NCBI GenBank assembly: GCA_027323595.1
Contig: DAHWBL010000245.1
Span: forward strand, 1 to 36,648
Direction of reading: 5' to 3'
Length of the DNA: 36,648 nucleotides
Origin: Acetobacteraceae bacterium
Lineage (GTDB): Bacteria > Pseudomonadota > Alphaproteobacteria > Acetobacterales > Acetobacteraceae
In this document: positions 18,435 through 27,700 of the stretch, in pieces
Layout: each line of letters begins with the position of its first letter
How positions within the stretch are numbered: position 1 is the stretch's first letter
Notes under the pieces: model-generated
The model's input: only the letters and a program-made list of their open reading frames with translations
Databases searched by the model: none
Told to the model about the DNA's origin: nothing
Position numbers and translations under genes: made by a program

Positions 18435-18911
18435 ATGTCGATGGAACTGGTATATGGCCGGCCTGGCCACTTGATCCGCCGCGCCCAACAGGTCGCCACC
18501 GCGCTGTTCAGCGAGGCGTGCAGCGCGTTCGATCTGACCTCGGTACAATATGCCGCGCTCGTGGCCATTCACGAAAATCCCGGCGTGGACGCCACCAGGC
18601 TGTCCACCCTGATCGCGTTCGACCGTTCCACCCTCGGCGACGTTCTGGAACGGCTGGAACATAAAGGCTGGATCCGGCGCGCCGCAAGCCCGGCCGACAA
18701 GCGCGTCAAGCTTCTGCACATCACCGAGCCCGGCACCCGGCTTCTCGACATCGTCTCGCCCATCGCCGACGACGTGCAGGACCGCATCCTCGCCCCGCTC
18801 GGCCATGACGACCGCATCACCCTGATGCGCCTGCTCGAACAACTCGTCGACCTGCACGTCGACCGCGCCCGCGGTGACGCCGCCAAATCATCCATCGCTC
18901 TCACGGAGTAG
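18435..18911 (+). CDS. MarR-family transcriptional regulator
   Basis: LTSVQYAALVAIHENPGVDATRLSTLIAFDRSTLGDVLERLEHKGWIRR...DKRVKLLHITEPG is a textbook MarR wHTH. 158 aa. Confidence 0.9.
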   Translation: MSMELVYGRPGHLIRRAQQVATALFSEACSAFDLTSVQYAALVAIHENPGVDATRLSTLIAFDRSTLGDVLERLEHKGWIRRAASPADKRVKLLHITEPGTRLLDIVSPIADDVQDRILAPLGHDDRITLMRLLEQLVDLHVDRARGDAAKSSIALTE

Positions 18912-18914
18912 ATC

Positions 18915-20090
18915 ATGTCCGACCAGCGTCCGTTCATCATCATCGGCGGCGGCATCGGCGGCATGGCCGCCGCCATCGCGCTCGGCCGACGCGGCTTTGC
19001 GACCCACGTGCTCGAACAGGCCTCCGCTTTCGGCGAGGTCGGCGCGGGCATCCAGCTCGGCCCCAACGTGTTTCGCGCCTTCGAGGCGCTGGGCGTGCGC
19101 GACCAGATCGTGGCCGACGCGTGGTTTCCGCAGAACCTTGAAATGCGCGACGCGCTCACCGGCGCATCGATCACCAAAATCCCTGTCGGCGCCGGCTTCA
19201 AACAGCATTTCGGCGAGCCTTACGGCGTCACCCACCGCGCCGACATCCACAAGACATTGATGGACGCCGCCGCCGCCCAGCCACACTCGGTGCTCGAAAC
19301 CAACGCGCGCGTCGAGAGTTTCGAGGACAACGGTGATGGCGTGCGCGTGCATCTGGCCGACGGGCGCACCATCGAGGGGCGCGCGATCATCGGCTGCGAC
19401 GGCCTGTGGTCGAAAACCCGCGAATACGTCGTGGGTGACGGCGCGCCGATCGTCTCCGGCCACATCGCATATCGCGCCGTGCTGCCGCGCGCCGAGGTAC
19501 CCGAAGACCTGTGGTCCGGCGATGTCATCCTGTGGGCCGGCCCGAAGACGCATCTGGTGCAATATCCTTTGCGGCGCGGCGAATTGTTCAATCTCGTCGC
19601 GGTGTTCCACTCCGATCGTTACGAGGAAGGCTGGAATGCCGAGGGCGACATCGACGAGCTGATGCACCGCTTCGCCGGCGAGCGCCCCGAGGTCATGCGC
19701 CTGCTCGAACGCATTGAGACCTGGCGCATGTGGGTGCTGTGCGACCGCGAGCCGGTCAAGAACTGGAGCCGCGGCCGCGTCACCCTGCTCGGTGACGCCG
19801 CCCACCCGATGCTGCAATATCTCGCGCAAGGTGCGAACATGGCCTGCGAGGACGCGCTGCGCCTCGCCGAGGAAATCACCAGCACGCCCAACGACCTTGC
19901 CGATGCCTTCCTGCGCTACCAGCAGGCCCGCTATCTGCGCACCGGCCGGGTGCAGACCATGGCGCGAATCTATGGCGAGTTTTATCATGCCGCCGGGGTG
20001 AAGGCGGAGCTGCGCAACGCAGCACTCGGCGGCCGCACCGCCGAACAGTCATGGGCCGGAATGGATTGGCTCTACGGAGGAAGCTGGTGA
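18915..20090 (+). CDS. FAD-dependent aromatic monooxygenase, 3-hydroxybenzoate 6-hydroxylase / salicylate hydroxylase-like
   Basis: GxGxxG IIIGGGIGGMAAAIAL, GEVGAGIQLGPN, LLGDAAHPMLQYLAQGANMACEDA. Overall resemblance to 3HB6H-type enzymes, judged from memory of the family with no alignment run. Confidence 0.88.
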   Translation: MSDQRPFIIIGGGIGGMAAAIALGRRGFATHVLEQASAFGEVGAGIQLGPNVFRAFEALGVRDQIVADAWFPQNLEMRDALTGASITKIPVGAGFKQHFGEPYGVTHRADIHKTLMDAAAAQPHSVLETNARVESFEDNGDGVRVHLADGRTIEGRAIIGCDGLWSKTREYVVGDGAPIVSGHIAYRAVLPRAEVPEDLWSGDVILWAGPKTHLVQYPLRRGELFNLVAVFHSDRYEEGWNAEGDIDELMHRFAGERPEVMRLLERIETWRMWVLCDREPVKNWSRGRVTLLGDAAHPMLQYLAQGANMACEDALRLAEEITSTPNDLADAFLRYQQARYLRTGRVQTMARIYGEFYHAAGVKAELRNAALGGRTAEQSWAGMDWLYGGSW

Positions 20091-20890
20091 GCAGCATGCA
20101 GTACGCGGACGGAAAAATCCTGGCGGATGTGAAAGACGGTGTTGGCGTCATCACATTCAACCAGCCCGAAAAGCACAACGCGATGTCGGCCGGCATGTGG
20201 CGCGGCACGGCCGAGGCGCTGACCGCCTGGCAGAACGACCCCGCCGTGCGGGCACTGGTGATCACCGGCGCCGGCGACAAGGCGTTCGTCTCGGGCGCCG
20301 ACATCAGCGAGTTCGCCAGCCTGCGCAGCGCCGCGGACGCGCAGATCGAGTATGACCGCGCCACGTCGGCCGGTCGCGCCCAGCTCGCCACCTTCCCCAA
20401 GCCGGTGATCGCGCGCATCGGCGGCTGGTGCCTCGGCGGCGGCCTCGCCATCGCCATGCAGGCCGACATTCGCATCGCCACCGAGGCCAGCGTGTTCGGC
20501 ATCCCCGCCGACCGCCTCGGCCTCGCCTACGGCTTCGACATGGTGCAGACGCTGGTCAGCCTGGTCGGCGCCGCCAACGCGCGCCAGTTGCTGTTCACCG
20601 GCAGCCGCATTCCCGCCGCCGAGGCGCTGCGAATCGGGCTGATCAACCAGATGGTGGCCAACGACAAGCTCGGCGAGACGGTGGACGCGCTCACCCGCAC
20701 CATCGCCGACAACGCGCCGCTGACCATCGCCGCGGCCAAGCTCGCGGTCCGCCAGACCCTGCTGTCGGCCGCCGAGCGCGACACCGCCGCCATCGCCGCG
20801 GCCGTCGCCACCTGCTACGCCAGCGCCGATTACGCCGAGGGCCGCAAGGCTTTTGCCGAAAAGCGTCCGCCGCGCTTCACCGGCAGTTGA
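20087..20890 (+). CDS. Enoyl-CoA hydratase/isomerase (crotonase) family protein
   Basis: ITFNQPEKHNAM, ALVITGAGDKAFVSGADISEF, GWCLGGGLAIAM. I prefer GTG 20087: GGAGG lies 6 nt upstream and it overlaps the monooxygenase stop as GTGA. The alternative is ATG 20096. Confidence 0.85.
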   Translation: MSSMQYADGKILADVKDGVGVITFNQPEKHNAMSAGMWRGTAEALTAWQNDPAVRALVITGAGDKAFVSGADISEFASLRSAADAQIEYDRATSAGRAQLATFPKPVIARIGGWCLGGGLAIAMQADIRIATEASVFGIPADRLGLAYGFDMVQTLVSLVGAANARQLLFTGSRIPAAEALRIGLINQMVANDKLGETVDALTRTIADNAPLTIAAAKLAVRQTLLSAAERDTAAIAAAVATCYASADYAEGRKAFAEKRPPRFTGS

Positions 20891-20914
20891 ACCCGACAAC
20901 CAATCCGGCGTAGA

Positions 20915-21105
20915 GTCTGCGCAGATGACGGTGGCCCGAAAGGGCTGAAACGGGAATTTCGCGGCGTCCAAGGGGGGCGTTGGCGAAGCTGCCCTCGCAA
21001 CTGTCGGCGACGAGCCTGACCAACGAGCCATTGCCCGCCGACACGGCGAGCGAGAAGGCGGTCAAGGTGATGATGCGCCAGCCAGGAGACCGGCCGACAT
21101 CGAGA
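20915..21105 (+). promoter_or_regulatory. Cobalamin (B12) riboswitch, leader of btuB
   Basis: Conserved core elements are in the right order: GAAACGGGAA (20947-20956), GCTGCCCTCGCAACTGT (20988-21004), and B12-box GCCAGGAGACCGGCC (21081-21095). It lies directly upstream of a TonB-dependent receptor. Boundaries are approximate. Confidence 0.85.
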
Positions 21106-21217
21106 GTGCTTGCACGTGCCGGGCGAGGTGCACCGGCGCAGCGGGAGAAAGACCCGAGCGGCAATCGTCCCATCATGTCGCCCGTTCCGTCGGGCGACCT
21201 GCCAGGAGTTGCCGCGC

Positions 21218-23212
21218 ATGCGCCGCATCACCCTCGTCTTGTCCGCACCCATGGTGCTGGCAGCCTTCTCAACCCACGCGCAGTCAACAGCGGAAAATCC
21301 AACCACGCCGCCGCAGGAAACCCTGCCGCCGCTGGTGATCACCGCCACGCGCGAACCCACCGAACTCGACAACATCGCCGCCGGCGTCACCATCATCGAC
21401 CGCGCCACCATCGACCAGCGCGGCTACACCACCCTCGTCGATGCGCTTGGCGCGGTGCCTGGCCTGCACATCGTCCAGTCCGGCACACCCGGCAGCCCCG
21501 CCAGCCTGTTCGTGCGCGGCGGCGACAGCAACCAGGTTCTGGTGCTGCGCGACGGCGTGCCGATCAACAACCCTTCCGATCCCAACGGCGCCTATGATTT
21601 CGGCACCGCGCGGCTGGAGGATATCGAACGCATCGAGATCGTGCGCGGCCCGATGTCTGGCGCCTATGGCACCGGCGCGATCATGGGGGTGATCAATCTC
21701 ATCTCCCGCCAGGGTGACGGCAGCCCGCACGGCAGCGCCGAGTTCGAGCGCCAGTCCGGCCCCGGCGTCGGCGCGCGCGCGAACTATGGCGGGCGCACCG
21801 GCATCCTCGACTACAGCCTCAGCCTCGATGGCACCTCCAATGCCGGGTACGATCCGACCCCGCAACGTCTTGGCGGAATCTACACCTCCACCTCCGAGCC
21901 CTATGCCTCGGGCGCTGCCACCATCAATCTGGGCATCAACCCCGATCCCGACACGCGACTCGGATTTTTCCTGCGCGGCAGCCAGACCGACGTGCATTTC
22001 AACGACAATGGCTACCCGATCTACGACAGCGCGCTCGGCCAGGCCCACACCGACAGCGTCTTCGGCCGCCTGTCCGCCACCACCAGGATCGCCGACATCT
22101 GGCAGAGCACCCTGTCCGGCGCGATCGACCAGTCGGATCGGCACTACACCAACCCGCTCGATCCGAACGACCCCAACATGGCCTTCGAGAACAGCTATTA
22201 TCACGCGCGCCGGTGGGACACGCAGTGGAACAACAGCGTCAGCCTGCCCGATCTTGATGTTCTCACCGCCAACTCCATCACCTTCGGCTTCGAGCGGATC
22301 GAGGATTCCGCCAATACGCGGGTGAATAATTCCTCCGGCGGCTTCGCCTATCAGGATTCCGTGCGCGCCGGCGAAACCACCAACGCCGGCTGGGTTGGCG
22401 CTCAGACGACACTTGCCAAGCGCCTGGTCCTGTCCGCCCAGGCGCGTCAGGACGCGGTCGGGCAATTCGGCTCGGTGGCCACCTGGCGCGTCGGCGCGGT
22501 TCTAAATGTTCCTGAAATATACTCGCATCTGCACGCCTCCTACGGCACCGGCTTTCTCGCGCCCTCGCTGTTCCAGCTCTACGGCATCGATTCCTACGGC
22601 TATCAGGGCAATCCCGGCCTGCGCCCCGAAACCAGCCGGGGCAGCGAATTCGGCTGGCAGGTCGATCTGCCCGCCGCCGGCCAGCCGGACTTCATCAGCC
22701 TCGCCGCCACCTGGTTCGACAGCCGTGTGAACAACCTGATCGTGACACAATATTCGGCCACCGGATCAACACCGGTGAACGTCAATAATTCTCACCTATA
22801 CGGTATCGAAACGACATTGTCGGTCCGTCCCGGCGCCTGGCTGCAACTGGACGCGAACTACACCTACACCATCGCGCGCGACGTGACCGACCAGTCCGCG
22901 CTGCTGCGCCGCCCGCAAAGCCAGGCGGCGATCGACCTGCGCATCACCCCGCTGCCCGGCCTCACCATCGCCCCGGAGCTGCAAATGATCGGCAGCTTCA
23001 GCGATTATCTGGTCGATTCCACAGGCAACGCCAACAATGTCGGCATCGCGCCCGGCGCCACCCTGCTCAATGTCGCCGTCACCTACGAGATCACCCCGCG
23101 CGTGTCGCTGTATCTGCGCGGCCAGAACCTGACCAACGCGCCGTTCGAGCCGGCGAACGGCTATCAGATCCCCGGCATCTGGGTCACCACCGGGCTGCGG
23201 CTGATCCTGTAG
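21218..23212 (+). CDS. btuB: TonB-dependent outer-membrane receptor, BtuB-like (corrinoid uptake)
   Basis: ORF track 21110-23212 trimmed to ATG 21218, with AGGAG upstream. Signal peptide MRRITLVLSAPMVLAAFSTHAQS, TonB box PPLVITATR, plug IERIEIVRGPMSGAYGTGAIMGVINLISR. The B12 riboswitch lies upstream. Confidence 0.9.
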   Translation: MRRITLVLSAPMVLAAFSTHAQSTAENPTTPPQETLPPLVITATREPTELDNIAAGVTIIDRATIDQRGYTTLVDALGAVPGLHIVQSGTPGSPASLFVRGGDSNQVLVLRDGVPINNPSDPNGAYDFGTARLEDIERIEIVRGPMSGAYGTGAIMGVINLISRQGDGSPHGSAEFERQSGPGVGARANYGGRTGILDYSLSLDGTSNAGYDPTPQRLGGIYTSTSEPYASGAATINLGINPDPDTRLGFFLRGSQTDVHFNDNGYPIYDSALGQAHTDSVFGRLSATTRIADIWQSTLSGAIDQSDRHYTNPLDPNDPNMAFENSYYHARRWDTQWNNSVSLPDLDVLTANSITFGFERIEDSANTRVNNSSGGFAYQDSVRAGETTNAGWVGAQTTLAKRLVLSAQARQDAVGQFGSVATWRVGAVLNVPEIYSHLHASYGTGFLAPSLFQLYGIDSYGYQGNPGLRPETSRGSEFGWQVDLPAAGQPDFISLAATWFDSRVNNLIVTQYSATGSTPVNVNNSHLYGIETTLSVRPGAWLQLDANYTYTIARDVTDQSALLRRPQSQAAIDLRITPLPGLTIAPELQMIGSFSDYLVDSTGNANNVGIAPGATLLNVAVTYEITPRVSLYLRGQNLTNAPFEPANGYQIPGIWVTTGLRLIL

Positions 23213-23214
23213 CC

Positions 23215-23772
23215 CTACCCCTCGCGTGTCGCGCCGGGTGCCCACAGCACGTCACCCGCCTCGGAGGACATCCGGCGCGCCATCACGAACAGATGGTCCG
23301 ACAATCTGTTGAGATAACGAACGAGTTCCGGATTGATCGGTTCCGCGCGCGACACCGCGACCACACAGCGCTCGGCGCGCCGGCTGATCGTGCGCGCCAT
23401 ATGCGCCGCCGCCGCACCAGGCGCCCCACCGGGCAGCACGAAGCTGGTCAGCGGACGCAGCTCCTCGTTCATGGTGACGATCTCGGCCTCCAGCCGCGCC
23501 ACCTGGATCGCCGACACCCGCAGCCGGTCCGCGGTGATCCCCGGCACCGACAGGTCAGCGCCCAAATCGAAAAGATCGTTCTGAATCCTGCCGAGTGCCG
23601 CATCCTCCTCGCCGGCGGCATAGACCCGCGCGACGCCGATCGCGGCGTTGGCCTCGTCGATCGCGCCAAGCGCCTCGATCCGCAGATCATCCTTCGACAC
23701 CCGGCTGCCATCGCCAAGCGAGGTCTGCCCGCCGTCTCCGCCCCTGGTGGTCACGCGATCGATCCTGATCAT
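23215..23772 (-). CDS. pduO: PduO-type ATP:cob(I)alamin adenosyltransferase
   Basis: ORF track 23215-23826 trimmed to ATG 23772, with GGAGGAAG SD upstream. TRGGDGGQTSL, IEALGAIDEANAAIG, IQNDLFDLGADL. 185 aa. Confidence 0.9.
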   Translation of the reverse strand: MIRIDRVTTRGGDGGQTSLGDGSRVSKDDLRIEALGAIDEANAAIGVARVYAAGEEDAALGRIQNDLFDLGADLSVPGITADRLRVSAIQVARLEAEIVTMNEELRPLTSFVLPGGAPGAAAAHMARTISRRAERCVVAVSRAEPINPELVRYLNRLSDHLFVMARRMSSEAGDVLWAPGATREG

Positions 23773-23832
23773 CAAACTTCCTCCGGTTCGCGCGACTGTA
23801 GCATGACATCGCGCCACGCCCAGCACCGCCCC

Positions 23833-24720
23833 CTACAGCACCAGAACCCCCTGGTGCTTGGCCTTGTTGTCAGGCTCCACATGGATCGTGACGACCAGCC
23901 CCTGCATTTCCTCATGCAGCGCCGCCTCGATCCGGTCGCAGATGTCATGCGCCGCACTCACCGTCATGCTGCCAGGCACCACCAGATGGAATTCCAGAAA
24001 CGAGATCGGCCCGGCAAAGCGGGTGCGCAGATCATGCGCCTCGATCGCGCCGGCGCCATGCAGGGTCACCAGCTCGCGGATACGCTGCATCACCTCGGCG
24101 GCCGGCGCGGCATCCATCAGCACGTTGGCGGACTGGCCGATCATCCGCATGCCTTCCCACAGCACATACAGCGCCACCAGTGCCGCGATCACCGGGTCGA
24201 GCGTGGCGATGCCGGTCATCAGCATCAGCACCACGCCCACCGCGATGCCGCAGCTCGTCACCACATCGGCCATCAGATGCTGCCCATCGGCGCGCAACGC
24301 CGGCGACCGCCGCAACTTGCCCACCCGCAGCAGCACCACCGCCCACGCCGCGTTCAGCACGGTCGCCGCGGCATTCACCGCCAGTGCCAGCCATGGCTGA
24401 TCCAGCGGCTCGGGCGCGATGAACACGCCCCAGGCGTGATGCAGGATCAGCACCGAGGCGAAGATGATCATCGCCCCCTCGATCACCGCCGCGAACAGCT
24501 CGATCTTCTGGTGGCCATAGGTGTGGTCCGCATCCGCGGGCTTCGCCGAAAACGAGATCGCCCACAGCGCGATCCCCGATGCCGCCACATTCACCAGCGT
24601 TTCGAGCGCGTCGGAATAAAACGCCGCGCTGTGGCTCACCCACCAGGCGAGCAGCTTCAGCGCGAACACCGCGAGCCCGACGCCAATGCTTCCGATCGCG
24701 ATCTGCCTCGTCTGCCGCAC
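23833..24720 (-). CDS. Cation diffusion facilitator (CDF) family divalent-metal transporter
   Basis: GTG start with GGAGG upstream. DADHTYGHQKIELF, TM5 HLMAD (HxxxD), and a C-terminal cytoplasmic domain ending VTIHVEPD. 295 aa. Confidence 0.88.
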   Translation of the reverse strand: MRQTRQIAIGSIGVGLAVFALKLLAWWVSHSAAFYSDALETLVNVAASGIALWAISFSAKPADADHTYGHQKIELFAAVIEGAMIIFASVLILHHAWGVFIAPEPLDQPWLALAVNAAATVLNAAWAVVLLRVGKLRRSPALRADGQHLMADVVTSCGIAVGVVLMLMTGIATLDPVIAALVALYVLWEGMRMIGQSANVLMDAAPAAEVMQRIRELVTLHGAGAIEAHDLRTRFAGPISFLEFHLVVPGSMTVSAAHDICDRIEAALHEEMQGLVVTIHVEPDNKAKHQGVLVL

Positions 24721-24797
24721 CGCCCGACCTCCGCCAACCAGGGCGGGTTATATCAGGTGGCGCGCGCGACGAAACCTCCGCCCGGCCGGCACGGACA

Positions 24798-27700
24798 CTA
24801 GACCGAAAAATACACCGCGTTCGGGTTGAGCAGCACGACCGCGCTGGTGGATTGCTCCGGATGGAGCTGCCACTCGTCGGACAGCGAAATGCCCACCCGT
24901 TCCGCGCCCAGCAGCTTCAGGATCGGCTCCTGGTCCTCCAGCCGCGGGCAGGCCGGATAGCCGAACGAATAGCGCGCGCCGCGATAATTCTGCATCAGCA
25001 TATCGCCGATCTGGCGCGCATCCTCGCCGGCGAAGCCGCATTCCGCGCGGATGCGCTTGTGCACATATTCCGCCATCGCCTCGGCCATCTCCACCGACAG
25101 CCCATGCAGATACAGATAATCCTGATAGCGATTCTGCTCGAACCAGACCCGCGCCGTATCGGACGCCGCCTGCCCCACCGTCACCGCCTGCAACCAGATC
25201 ACGTCGCGCCGCTCGTCGTCCACGTCGGCGATGAAATCGGCGATGCATTCGCCATCGTCACGAGGCTGGCGCGGCAACGCGAAGCGGCAGAGTTCGGTGG
25301 TCCCATCGACGTCGAAAACGATCAGATCATTGCCCTGCCCGGCCGCCTTCCAATAGCCATAGACCGCCTGCGGATGCAAAATATCGTCGGCCTCGCACAA
25401 TGCCAGCATGCGCCGCATCACCGGTCGCAGCTCCTGGCGCGCCCAGCCCATGAATTCCTCCAGGCTGCGGCCCTGCTTGCGAAACCCCCACTGGAACTGA
25501 AACAGGCTGCGCTCATTGATGAACGGCACCACCGTCTTGCTCGGCACCTCGATCTTGCGCGCCCCCCAGAACGGTGGCTGTGGCGGCGCGACATCGCGGT
25601 TGAGCCGCCGCCGCCGCGCCTGCACGGCATGCACATCGATCGGCTGCCAGCCACGCGCCTCGGGCACGCCTGGAACCCGTCGCGCCTGTGCCGCGCCCTC
25701 GCGCCGCCGCCGCTGCGCGACCAGCCAGGCATCGAAATCCTCGTTGCCGGACAAGCGATCCATCAGATGCAGCCCGTCGAACGCATCGCGCGCATAGGCC
25801 ACGCGCCCGCAGCCATAGGCATCCACGCAGGTATCCTCGACAAAATTGCGCGTCAGCGCCGCCCCGCCCAGCAGCACCGGCAGGTCCCACCCCTGGCGCG
25901 ACATCTCCTCCAGATTATCCTTCATCACAACGGTGGATTTCACCAGCAGACCCGACATGCCGATGGCCTGCGCATCGTGCTCTCTCGCGGCCGCCAGAAT
26001 GTCGGCCAGCGGCACCTTGATGCCCAGATTGATCACCCGATAGCCGTTATTGGTCAAAATGATATCGACCAGATTCTTGCCGATGTCGTGCACATCGCCC
26101 TTCACCGTGGCGAGCACGATGGTCGCCTTCTGCGCGCCCTGCGTGCGCTCCATATGCGGCTCCAGATGCGCCACCGCCGCCTTCATCGTCTCGGCACTTT
26201 GCAGCACGAACGGCAATTGCATCTTGCCCGCGCCGAACAGCTCGCCAACCGTCTTCATGCCATCGAGCAGCACGGTGTTGATGATGTCGAGAGCAGAATA
26301 TTCCATCAGCGCGAGATCAAGATCGTCAGCCAGCCCGTTGCGATCGCCATCGACGATGCGCGCGCGCAGCCGGTCATCCACCCTGTCATGGCGCACCCGC
26401 GCCACGCTTGCCACACCCTTGCGTTCGGCGAACAGCGCCAGCAGATGCTGCAACGGGTCGCGCCCATCGCGCCAATTGTCGAAAATCAGATCCTCGGCGG
26501 CCTCCACCTCGTCGGCGGCGAGCTGGTGCAGCGGACGGATCTTGCTCACATGCACGATCGCCGCGGTCATGCCCGCGCGCTGCGCATGATCGAGGAACAC
26601 GCTGTTCAGCACCGCGCGCGCCGCGGCGTTGAGCCCGAAGCTGATGTTGGACAGCCCAAGCACGATCTGGATGTCGGGAAATTCCTGACGGATGCGCGCG
26701 ATGCCGGCAATGGTTTCCAGCCCCAGCTTGCGATCGTCATCCATTCCGGTGGCGATGGTAAAAGTCAGCGGATCGATCATCAGGTCCGATTGCGGCAACC
26801 CGTGCCGCCCGCACGCGAATTCCACCAGCCGTCGCGCGATCTCGATCTTGCGCTCGGCGGTCTTGGCCATGCCGGTCTCGTCGATGGTGAGCGCGATCAC
26901 CGCCGCGCCGAATTTGCGCGCAAGCTCCAGCCGCTCCGCCGCCGCGCCCTCGCCATCCTCGAAATTGATCGAGTTGATGATCGGCTTGCCGCCATGCAGC
27001 TTCAGCGCCGATTCGATCACGCGGGTCTCGGTGCTGTCGATCACCAGCGGCGCGTTCACCGACGCGGTGAAGCGGCGCACCGTCTCGTCCATCTCGGCAA
27101 CCTCGTCGCGCCCGACGAACGCGGTGCACAGATCGATCGCGTTGGACCCCTCGCCCACCTGTTCGCGCCCCATCGCGACGCAGCCATCCCAGTCGCCGGC
27201 CTGCTGCAATTCGCGCCAGCGCTTCGATCCGTTGGCGTTGCAGCGCTCACCGATCGAAAAAATCGAATTCTCCTGCCGCAGCGCCACCGCGCCATACAGG
27301 CTCGCCACCGACGGCACCCATTGCGGCGTGCGCGCCACCGGTGCGGGCCGATCCAGATTGCCGCCAAGCCGGCGCAACATCCGATCAAGGGCCGCGGTGT
27401 GGGTGTCGTTGGTGCCACAGCACCCACCGATCAAATTCATTCCGTCCTCGGTGACGAAGCGCTCCAGCCAGGCCACCAGCTCATCGGCGCCGAGCGGATA
27501 ATGGGTTTGCCCATCAAGCAACTCCGGCAATCCGGCATTGGGCTGCACCGACAGCAGCCCCGGCCAGTTGGTCGACAGCCAGCGAATATGCTCGGCCATC
27601 TCCTGCGGGCCGGTGGCGCAGTTGAGCCCGATCAGCGGCACATCGAGCGCGCGCACCACCGTCGCCGCCGCCGCGATGTCAGGCCCCACCAGCAAGGTTC

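Noticed and set aside
21110-21217. 36-codon N-terminal extension of btuB (and ORF 20980-21597)
   Set aside because: It would be translated through the riboswitch expression platform. The signal peptide and SD begin at 21218.
22495-22810. Lower-GC patches inside btuB (for example TTCTAAATGTTCCTGAAATATACTC, GTCAATAATTCTCACCTATACGG) as a hint of horizontal acquisition
   Set aside because: They are short, in frame, and lie within predicted loop/strand regions of a normal TonB-dependent receptor. I cannot compute compositional statistics here, and no mobility genes flank the gene.
23293-24801. 502-aa plus-strand ORF
   Set aside because: Antisense to pduO and the CDF gene, and His/Arg/Gln/Asp-rich with no motifs.
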